The notes under the pieces: generated by a model
Seen by the model: only the letters and a program-made list of their open reading frames with translations
Told to the model about the DNA's origin: nothing
Databases searched by the model: none
Virus record (IMG/VR): IMGVR_UViG_3300016649_000564
Reading direction: 5' to 3' (one strand)
DNA length: 20,000 bases
Origin: an uncultured virus (IMG/VR IMGVR_UViG_3300016649_000564)
Taxonomy: Duplodnaviria > Heunggongvirae > Uroviricota > Caudoviricetes
Made by a program: the position numbers and the translations under genes
Shown: positions 8,191 to 15,032 of the stretch, in pieces
How the letters are laid out: each line of letters begins with the position of its first letter
How positions within the stretch are numbered: the stretch's first letter is position 1

Positions 8191-10244
8191 CCGTTACTTT
8201 CCACGTTATGCCAGTCGCCAGGGGCGTCGGCTTGAGTTGATGGGGCCTCAGGCCGCGCCGACTCAATCGGCGGCTCTGATTCTTCTGGCTCATTCAGGTC
8301 GGGCACTTCCGGCACCTCCCACGCGCCTGTGGCCGGAACGAACTGAGCCTCTAAGGCCAGTTGCTCCAGATCCAGGCCAAAACGCTCCTGACTGATCCGC
8401 AGGGCGGCCAGTGCATACACAAAACAGTCGAGGGCTTCATTGCGGCGGCGGCCGCTGGTCCAGCGCTGAACCCGGCGGCCTTTGGAGACCACCCATTCTT
8501 TACGCTCGCTGGTCAGCTGCTTCATTTCGTCTTCGTCACACACCAGCTCGTTAAGCGGCAAGTGGATGCACTCAGGCACTGGGCGGTCGCCGTCCGGTTC
8601 GATTTTCAAGCGGCTGTAGATCAGCTCCTTGGCGTTGTCCGTCCCTACCTCAGTGAGGTAAACCCGGTCGCCCTTGGTCTTTTTCTTCGGGAAGGTGGCA
8701 ATCTTCTTGCCGTAGGTCGCAGCGCCGAACACCGGAATAACCCAGGTGACGCCGTGCTTTTTACTTTCCTTACGCACTTCGTCCGAGTAGTGGCCGCCGG
8801 AGTCCCAGCACCAGCGCTCTACACGCATTAGCGTGCCGTCTTCGCGGGTGAACTGGCGTCGTATTTCCTGGCCCACTTTCTTGCGCAGCTCAACGCTTGC
8901 TGGGTCACCAGTCAGCACCCAACGGTGAACCAGCCACGCTTCCTCACCGGCGCCGAAGGCCCAAACACGGCCCTCATAACGGTCATCCTGCGTATCAATC
9001 CCGCCGAACAGCGCGACGCCCCTGGCGGGTACTTTCAGGTAGTTGCTACGCCGCTTGGCCAGCACTTCCCATTCCAGTTTCTCGCCTTGGTCTTCTTCCC
9101 AGGCTTCGCCTAGGGTGGTGTTGATAAAGGTCTTGAGCTTGCCCCGGTCTTTGCCGACCTTCAGCCATTCGCTGACCACCGAAGCCCAGGTAACGAACTC
9201 GGAATACACGGTCCATATATGGAACGTGACAGATCGCGGCGTGGTGATCGGCTGATCATCAGCGGAAAACCACTCCATGCCGTCTCGGGTCCAAATACCT
9301 TGGCGCTCGCAGATGTAGCGCCCAGTAACTGAGGCCTGAATCATTTCGTGGTATTCGAACGTGCAACCGTTGCCGGACTCGCACAAGTACCAGGCTTTCT
9401 CTACCTGGCCGTATCCATCGAGCCGCCAGCGCATGCCGTAAGGCTTGTCGAAGGCTCCCCATCTCAAATGCTGCTCTGTGCCGCAGCACGGACATTTGAT
9501 GTTGAACCGCAGGAAGTGCGGCGATTCATCAGCCGCCCGACTGATTTGGCAGCCCTCCCCTATGGACTCGTCATCCTCGCCGCCGGCGACGATCACACCC
9601 GGCGTTGATCCGCGAATTGACTTGGGAAAGGTCGCACCTTCAAGACGCTTATCCCCCAGCATCGTCGGTGAACCTTCGCCTTCGATATCAGCATCGAACT
9701 TCGACAGTTCGTCGTAGATCACTTCGTCAGGGCTTTTCTCGCGGTAATTGCGTGCTGCCTTACCGCCAAGGCACCAAAGCATTTTCGAGTTATCAAAACG
9801 CTTTTCGTCCAGGGTGTTGTCTCGGTGCTTCACGCCGTACCAGGGGGCCAAAGAGCGCACCAGGGGCACATCGCGAATCATCGTTTCGATGTGGCGCTTC
9901 ATCATGGTGTCGGCGTCCGGATCGGTCGGGCACCAGGACAACACGTTGCGTTTCTTGTGCTGGATCTTGTAGCCCTTATTGGCTACCAGCATCTTGGTAT
10001 AGCCAACCCGTGCGGACTTCAGCACGTTGACTACAGCGACCAGGTCATTACCCATCGCATTAAGAATGGCGACCTGAAACGGCGCCGTGGTCCAGCGCCC
10101 CTCCTGATAGGACGACTCGGAGGACAGGTAAAAATGCTTATCGGCCCACTCAACCGCCGTCAGTGGCGGTTCCTTGTAGAGACCGGTTAGGCCCTTACGG
10201 ACGCTATCAATCAGCGCCTTCATCCAGGGCTTCGACGAACTCAT
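8181..10244 (-). CDS. terL: Terminase large subunit, lambda gpA family
   Basis: Walker A KSARVGYTK, GGKAARNYREKS, Walker B VIYDELSKFD, SIRGSTP, GIDTQDDR, RRNEALDCFVYALAALRIS. Confidence 0.97.
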   Translation of the reverse strand: MSSSKPWMKALIDSVRKGLTGLYKEPPLTAVEWADKHFYLSSESSYQEGRWTTAPFQVAILNAMGNDLVAVVNVLKSARVGYTKMLVANKGYKIQHKKRNVLSWCPTDPDADTMMKRHIETMIRDVPLVRSLAPWYGVKHRDNTLDEKRFDNSKMLWCLGGKAARNYREKSPDEVIYDELSKFDADIEGEGSPTMLGDKRLEGATFPKSIRGSTPGVIVAGGEDDESIGEGCQISRAADESPHFLRFNIKCPCCGTEQHLRWGAFDKPYGMRWRLDGYGQVEKAWYLCESGNGCTFEYHEMIQASVTGRYICERQGIWTRDGMEWFSADDQPITTPRSVTFHIWTVYSEFVTWASVVSEWLKVGKDRGKLKTFINTTLGEAWEEDQGEKLEWEVLAKRRSNYLKVPARGVALFGGIDTQDDRYEGRVWAFGAGEEAWLVHRWVLTGDPASVELRKKVGQEIRRQFTREDGTLMRVERWCWDSGGHYSDEVRKESKKHGVTWVIPVFGAATYGKKIATFPKKKTKGDRVYLTEVGTDNAKELIYSRLKIEPDGDRPVPECIHLPLNELVCDEDEMKQLTSERKEWVVSKGRRVQRWTSGRRRNEALDCFVYALAALRISQERFGLDLEQLALEAQFVPATGAWEVPEVPDLNEPEESEPPIESARPEAPSTQADAPGDWHNVESNGWL

Positions 10245-10761
10245 CTAGAAGCTCCGGCAAGGTGTCGGCCAGGTTGACCGCTTCGTTCCGCGTAACGGCT
10301 ATTTCACGTTGGATAGCCTCGATGTGACGCACCTCGATATCCGGGTGCTTGCGTTTCACTTTGATGTGAATGGTGTCCAGGGTTGAGCCGAGCATCGCGC
10401 TCAACTTGCCCAGGGCGAACAGGCAGAAATCCACCGGCACCAGCTTTTTGGCTTTCACCCGATTACGCATTTCCTGCGCGTCTGCTTGCTCAGTGGTCAA
10501 CCGCAGCTTCTGCTGCGCTTGCTTGTACTCAATCAGCGGATCAATGGGTTGGCCGTCGTCATCGAGCGGTTGTTGTTTCTCGCCTTTGTGAACCAGCCGG
10601 TTATCCAGCACAGAACGCACGTCGTAAAACGACTCTCGGCCGATCTTGGCGATGGGCGTAACTCCCCATTTATCGAAGGCTTGCGTGGTGATCCCGAGGC
10701 TGTCCGCCATACGTGATTTGTTCAGCCACTCGGGTTTACGGGTGATCGATTGATTAGCCAT
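10207..10761 (-). CDS. terS: Terminase small subunit, lambda Nu1 family
   Basis: N-terminal wHTH LNKSRMADSLGITTQAFDKW, RLTTEQADAQEMRN coiled coil; directly upstream of and overlapping TerL. Confidence 0.92.
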   Translation of the reverse strand: MANQSITRKPEWLNKSRMADSLGITTQAFDKWGVTPIAKIGRESFYDVRSVLDNRLVHKGEKQQPLDDDGQPIDPLIEYKQAQQKLRLTTEQADAQEMRNRVKAKKLVPVDFCLFALGKLSAMLGSTLDTIHIKVKRKHPDIEVRHIEAIQREIAVTRNEAVNLADTLPELLDEFVEALDEGAD

Positions 10762-10782
10762 AACTACACAACAACCAACCTT

Positions 10783-10857
10783 TGAAAATGGGTCATATAT
10801 AGCGAAGACGCGGGGCCCGAATTACCCCCATGAGGGGTGGGGGTCCGGGAGTACCTT
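10783..10857 (-). other. Putative cos packaging site (cosQ/cosN/I2-like)
   Basis: Minus strand AGGTACTCCCGG...GGGGTAATTCGGGCCCCGCGTCTTCGCTATATATGACCCATTTTC resembles lambda GGGTCCTTTCCGG...GGGCGGCGACCTCGCGGGTTTTCGCTATTTATGAAAATTTTC (recalled); immediately upstream of terS. Confidence 0.75.
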
Positions 10858-10959
10858 TGGTTTTTCGTCCCGGCCTCTCTGTCAAGCGAAAAAGGCGATG
10901 AAATCGGAGAAAAGGCCACTTTTTTTACCTTTTCTCTGACCTCCCGTCGACTTCAGCCA

Positions 10960-11700
10960 TTAACGAGCCGAAGCTATCGCTTCAGCCCAGGCGGTGGCTG
11001 CGTCAACCTGATAGTTCGCGTTGACGATGTTCTGCCCGATCTTGAAGAACGGGAAAATGGTTCGATACTTGGGCGCTGAATCGCTAAAGATGAACACTGG
11101 CCGCACTGCATCCCCCATGCCCATCGACTTGCGCTCCCACAAACCCTGCGTGCCATCGACGTCACCTGAGAAGAAGCGATGGGCGTTGCCCTTACGTCGG
11201 CTCTTGGCACTGCCACTGGCGTTTGCCTGATAGCCCCGCGTCGACTCAGCAGCACCCAGGCCCGACAGGATCTTCAGCATCGTGCCGCGTGACACGTTGC
11301 CGTACTGATTCATAAAGGCCGTGGTTGGCACTGCGTATTGGCCGCTGCGCATGATGCCGCGCGCTATCAACGATTTCTCGAAACGCTTGTGAGGCCGCAG
11401 ACCACCACTCACCGCCTGCTGTAGGTATGTGTCCGCAGGAATGCCCGACGTCCATGAGTCTTTGAAGTAGACCTCAGCGGCACGCGCCTTAGTGGCCATC
11501 TTTACGAACAGGCTATTCAGCGTAGTCGGGGTAGGCCGGTCCAGGCGCTTCTGCATCACCGTGATTGTGCCCTTCTTGACCCGCTGGGCCAGTAAGGTCG
11601 CGGTGCGAGCCATCACAAATGGAATGTGCTTTTTCTCTAACTCCCGCATGCCCGCAGAGACAGGGAACGCGTCCAGCGACATGTCGACCTTGAACATCAT
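10960..11700 (-). CDS. Basic hypothetical phage protein, possibly tail completion (lambda gpZ / HK97 gp10-like)
   Basis: 246 aa with strong SD (AGGAGAGGG); KHIPFVMARTATLLA N-terminal helix reminiscent of neck/tail completion proteins; function is inference. Confidence 0.7.
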   Translation of the reverse strand: MMFKVDMSLDAFPVSAGMRELEKKHIPFVMARTATLLAQRVKKGTITVMQKRLDRPTPTTLNSLFVKMATKARAAEVYFKDSWTSGIPADTYLQQAVSGGLRPHKRFEKSLIARGIMRSGQYAVPTTAFMNQYGNVSRGTMLKILSGLGAAESTRGYQANASGSAKSRRKGNAHRFFSGDVDGTQGLWERKSMGMGDAVRPVFIFSDSAPKYRTIFPFFKIGQNIVNANYQVDAATAWAEAIASAR

Positions 11701-11720
11701 CCCTCTCCTGCTCTGCCGAT

Positions 11721-12065
11721 CTACTGACTGTTGGTGGTACGGCCTGAAGCCGGGTCGCTAACGCCAGCCTTGCGCGCCAAGAATTGCGTATACAGGCCAC
11801 CTGCAACGTCTGCGCCTATCACCGCGATTACGATGCCCAAGCCGGCGGCCAGATAGAGGTTGTTCCAAAGGGCCATCGCGAGCAGCAACGTGGCCATACC
11901 CAACAGTCCAGAAGCGAGAAAGCGCAGTGCCACCCGCTGAAGGATTTGGCGAAGGCCTAGGTCGCTGCCTGATGCGCGAAGCATTTCTCCAGACAAACCG
12001 GCGAGGCTCAGCAGAACCAACAACCACAAAGGTACATCGGTGAGCGCCTGATGCTCGGAGTTCAT
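11721..12065 (-). CDS. hol: Holin (Pseudomonas prophage / R-tailocin type)
   Basis: MNSEHQALTDVPLWLLVLLSLAGLSGEM...GADVAGGLY; about 3 hydrophobic helices; first late-operon gene; SD GAGGA. Confidence 0.85.
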   Translation of the reverse strand: MNSEHQALTDVPLWLLVLLSLAGLSGEMLRASGSDLGLRQILQRVALRFLASGLLGMATLLLAMALWNNLYLAAGLGIVIAVIGADVAGGLYTQFLARKAGVSDPASGRTTNSQ

Positions 12066-12083
12066 CTTGAGTCCTCTAATAGG

Positions 12084-12138
12084 TCGGCCTCCACGTCGCT
12101 GGCATCCGCTTTAGGCAAGGAGACAGGCGTGGGGCCGA
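12084..12138 (-). other. Stem-loop in the late leader just upstream of the holin RBS (candidate structured RNA)
   Basis: Minus strand TCGGCCCCACG ... CGTGG(A)GGCCGA: 11-bp stem with a one-nt bulge enclosing a possible inner stem. Confidence 0.55.
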
Positions 12139-12142
12139 AAAC

Positions 12143-12170
12143 AAAAAAGCCCCGCTCAATGGCAGGGCTT
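12143..12170 (-). terminator. Late-leader terminator 2 (tR'-like)
   Basis: Minus strand AAGCCCTGC-CATTGA-GCGGGGCTT-TTTTGTTTT; a U-G wobble pair works only on the minus strand. Confidence 0.8.
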
Positions 12171-12182
12171 GAAAATAGGAAC

Positions 12183-12210
12183 AAAAAACCCGGCTCAGTG
12201 GCCGGGTTTT
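12183..12210 (-). terminator. Late-leader terminator 1 (tR'-like)
   Basis: Minus strand AAAACCCGGC-CACTGA-GCCGGGTTTT-TTG. Confidence 0.85.
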
Positions 12211-12248
12211 GAAGGCGTCTCGCTGCGTTCACAGCAGTTCACGCTGCT

Positions 12249-12278
12249 ATGAAAACAGATCTATTCCGCGCGGAAAAG
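12249..12278 (-). promoter_or_regulatory. Putative late promoter pR' with palindromic Q-binding element
   Basis: Minus strand TTTTCC-N17-TTTCAT with extended TGn; perfect palindrome TTCCGCGCGGAA (12264-12275) over the -35/spacer; followed by two terminators and the holin. Confidence 0.6.
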
Positions 12279-12331
12279 CGATTTGTTAGACGTTCAGAAC
12301 GAATAAACGAGACCGATGGAGTAAAGGTCAA

Positions 12332-12364
12332 TTGCGAACGCAGTCGCCGCGACGGTACCATAAT
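12332..12364 (+). promoter_or_regulatory. Putative sigma70 promoter for the accessory ATPase-nuclease gene
   Basis: TTGCGA-N18-TACCAT (overlapping CATAAT) about 30 nt upstream of ATG 12392. Confidence 0.4.
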
Positions 12365-12391
12365 GCCATCACACGGACGGGTAGAACCAAA

Positions 12392-14248
12392 ATGGCTAAG
12401 ATTCGAGTAGAACAAATAATAATCGAAAACTTCAAAAAAATATCAAAGTTAACGATAAATTTAAAACCAATAACTGCTTTAGTCGGAGGTAATGCGTCTG
12501 GCAAAAGCAGCATATTACAAGCCGCTCAGCTATGCACATCGCTAGCGCAGGGTTCATTTATTTCAGAAGGCAGAACTGTAAAATATTTAAAAACCTTAGC
12601 AAACGAAGACGTATCCTACCGACCAACCGAAAAGTTATTAAACTTAAGACACGGCGACCCCGCCAATCAAACAAAAAACTTTAAGCTTGGCTTCGAATGC
12701 ACACTCATAGATGACAAAAACAACGAAACAAAAATGTCACTAACATCCTCTGTATACAGAGGAAAAAATGCAAATCTATCGTTAATTTACTCTGGCGATA
12801 CCAAGCTCATTGCAAAGATCGGCGACAGAGAATCACCGTTTTCAATATTGACGCCTGGACTTTCGGGGATACCACTACGAGAAGAATGGAGAACCAGAGG
12901 CGCCTTGGATGCAGCAGCTATGCACGGGGATGCAAATCTGTATTTGCGAACTCTACTTGACCACCTACTTCACAAAGACACATCAGAAGATGATGTAATA
13001 GCCTGGAATAAAGACGAAATAACCATTGAAGGCCTACCACTAAATTCATCATGGCGCAAATTCTCAACACTTTTAGATGAGTGTTACCCTGGTGCAAAAT
13101 TGTATATCAACCACAACAACAGGAAAGACCGTTACGTTGAAGTGAGTGCAAAATACCTGGGCAACAAATTTACTTTAGACTCTGCATCAACAGGAATGCT
13201 CCAAGTGATACAAATCTTGGCGTATGCTTGTTTCTATAGCCCGCCATTGCTTCTTTTGGATGAGCCCGATGCTCACTTACATGCTGACAGCCAGATAAGA
13301 CTACATCAAGCACTGAAGTCTATAACTAAAAGTACGCATACTCGTATAGTTCTTGCCACCCATTCACCGCAACTAATGCAACTGTTGATGAATGATACAG
13401 AGGCTCAAGTTGTTTGGTTGAGCGCAGGCAATGAGGTGGTCGTACCGGAAGGACAAAAACCGGCAATCCCCCTTCTTATGGAGCTGGGAGCTCTGACAAT
13501 TGGTGCGGATGCGTTTGACAGGCAGAATAAAGTCATACTTCTCACCGAAGACAAAGAAGCCGAACTCGTAAAAACACTTGCAAAATCAAACACTGCCAAT
13601 AGTTTCGCCTGCCTATCCTACAATGGATGTGGAAATCTAGCAGGCGCAAGGCAGCTAGCTCTTCTTTTGAGCGAAATCCGACCAGACGCTAAGATCATCA
13701 TACATAGAGACCGTGATTTTAGAACCCATGAAGAGCTGGAGTTTGAAAAACTACTTGTTAATGCCCGCCTTCAATTGGAAGGAGCTACAAATATTCATGA
13801 AATATTCACACCCTTAAACGATGTAGAGCATTCTCTACTCAATATAGAGCACCTCAAGCACTCATTGAAAACCGTTGCAAACGAACTGCAAATTCAGACC
13901 GCATTAGCGGATGCGATTAACAAAAAGCGTGACGACCTGACAGGCAAGCTTCGCTCAGCAAGAGAGGTAATCGAACGAGCGTTATATGATTGCGAAAGAA
14001 TGAAAAGCAAGAAGGCGTTAAGAGCGCAATCTGCAATCAGCGACAAACCCCCTAAATTAAAGACACTACTCCCACTTGACGGCACACACCCACTAGACTT
14101 TGAAATTTGCCATGGAAAAACGCTATTTAAAGCATTCATTACTGAGCTGCACTCAGAGATCAAAGGGGACTCCAAGGCCATTTCGAAGCTAATCATCACA
14201 CAATCAAAACATCTTAAAGATCCAGACTGGAAAACAGCTTTCGCTTAA
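12392..14248 (+). CDS. ABC-type ATPase fused to C-terminal TOPRIM-like domain (OLD-family-like ATP-dependent nuclease); accessory moron
   Basis: IIIENFKKI start, Walker A GGNASGKS, signature SASTG, Walker B/D-loop LLLLDEPDAHLH, H-loop LATHS; C-terminal ILLTED...YNGCGN...IIHRDRD (TOPRIM E and DxD). AT-rich and opposite strand to neighbours; ATG 12392 preferred over TTG 12332. Confidence 0.88.
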   Translation: MAKIRVEQIIIENFKKISKLTINLKPITALVGGNASGKSSILQAAQLCTSLAQGSFISEGRTVKYLKTLANEDVSYRPTEKLLNLRHGDPANQTKNFKLGFECTLIDDKNNETKMSLTSSVYRGKNANLSLIYSGDTKLIAKIGDRESPFSILTPGLSGIPLREEWRTRGALDAAAMHGDANLYLRTLLDHLLHKDTSEDDVIAWNKDEITIEGLPLNSSWRKFSTLLDECYPGAKLYINHNNRKDRYVEVSAKYLGNKFTLDSASTGMLQVIQILAYACFYSPPLLLLDEPDAHLHADSQIRLHQALKSITKSTHTRIVLATHSPQLMQLLMNDTEAQVVWLSAGNEVVVPEGQKPAIPLLMELGALTIGADAFDRQNKVILLTEDKEAELVKTLAKSNTANSFACLSYNGCGNLAGARQLALLLSEIRPDAKIIIHRDRDFRTHEELEFEKLLVNARLQLEGATNIHEIFTPLNDVEHSLLNIEHLKHSLKTVANELQIQTALADAINKKRDDLTGKLRSAREVIERALYDCERMKSKKALRAQSAISDKPPKLKTLLPLDGTHPLDFEICHGKTLFKAFITELHSEIKGDSKAISKLIITQSKHLKDPDWKTAFA

Positions 14249-14269
14249 AGCGCAACCCCCCAAAACAAT

Positions 14270-14294
14270 ATGCCATCCGTATCGATGGCATTTT
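14270..14294. terminator. Probable bidirectional terminator between the convergent ATPase and Q genes
   Basis: ATGCCATC-CGTATC-GATGGCAT hairpin, followed by TTT on plus and ATTGTTTT on minus. Confidence 0.6.
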
Positions 14295-14317
14295 CACTCG
14301 CAAAAAGAGCAGCTGCA

Positions 14318-14707
14318 TTATGCATCTGCTCGTTTCTCTCCTATCGCACAATCAACCCACGCCGCGCCAGCCCTGGCCAACTCCCGAGCCTTACCTTCGC
14401 TGATCCCGTATCGCTTACCTACCTTTACCATCGCCCATTTTGCCCCGAAATAGAGCCAGATAATGTCGCCCATTTGCTGATCGCGGCACGTAAGCTTTGC
14501 TACTGCATGATCTATCGCTAAAGCCCAATCATCGGTGATGCAGTAGTTTTTGCTAGCTCCGACCTGTGGCATTGATTGAAGCATCAACGCTAAAGTTGGA
14601 GACGTGTAACTAGGAACCCCCATCCCGTCCATTCTCCACCACCCCCACTGCTCAAGCAGGTATTCGGTGTCCCCCAATGGCCGGCCAGCCGGCTTACGAA
14701 TCATCAT
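14318..14707 (-). CDS. Q: Late antitermination protein Q (Phage_antitermQ-like)
   Basis: EYLLEQWGWW, ITDDWALAIDHAVAKL, C-terminal HTH GKRYGISEGKARELARAGAAWVD; last early gene before the late operon. Confidence 0.88.
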   Translation of the reverse strand: MMIRKPAGRPLGDTEYLLEQWGWWRMDGMGVPSYTSPTLALMLQSMPQVGASKNYCITDDWALAIDHAVAKLTCRDQQMGDIIWLYFGAKWAMVKVGKRYGISEGKARELARAGAAWVDCAIGEKRADA

Positions 14708-14711
14708 GCTC

Positions 14712-15032
14712 TCAATCCCCTGTGTAATTTGTTCCGCCTGCTCCCAGACGGTTTGGTTGCTCGTATTGGCTCTGTGGCCCTATAGGTGTTGGAGCAGTCT
14801 TTAACGCTAAGACTTCGCGCTGTACCTGCTGCAATTTGAAACTCAATTGGGTGACCAACTCGTCGGCAGAAAGCACCAACTTGGTCCCCTGAACAACCCA
14901 ACCTGAGCCGTTGCAATCCGTGCATACCAACTCATAAAACACCCCCGCTACGACTGCCCTACCCTTACAGATCGAGCAAGGTTCAAGCTCAATTCGCTCC
15001 CGCTTAAAGCCAGGCTCCTGTCTTTTCTGCAC
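14712..15032 (-). CDS. Hypothetical protein with DnaJ-type zinc finger
   Basis: CSICKG...CTDCNGSG (CxxCxG / CxxCxGxG) followed by a short coiled coil; GTG start overlapping the recombinase end. Confidence 0.75.
   Translation of the reverse strand: MQKRQEPGFKRERIELEPCSICKGRAVVAGVFYELVCTDCNGSGWVVQGTKLVLSADELVTQLSFKLQQVQREVLALKTAPTPIGPQSQYEQPNRLGAGGTNYTGD

Noticed and set aside
12066..12330. tRNA gene or CRISPR-like array in the late leader
   Set aside because: No cloverleaf or T-loop motif and no regularly spaced repeats; hairpins are explained by terminators and one stem-loop
12363..14277. ATGCCATC direct repeat on either side of the ATPase gene as a target-site duplication
   Set aside because: Only 8 bp, one copy is a terminator arm, the left copy lies inside the presumed promoter region, and no transposase or terminal inverted repeats are present
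14290..14312. CTTTTTGCGAGTGAAAA (minus strand) after Q as a remnant duplicate of the late promoter
   Set aside because: Similarity to CTTTTCCGCGCGGAATA is limited to the ends; not distinguishable from chance
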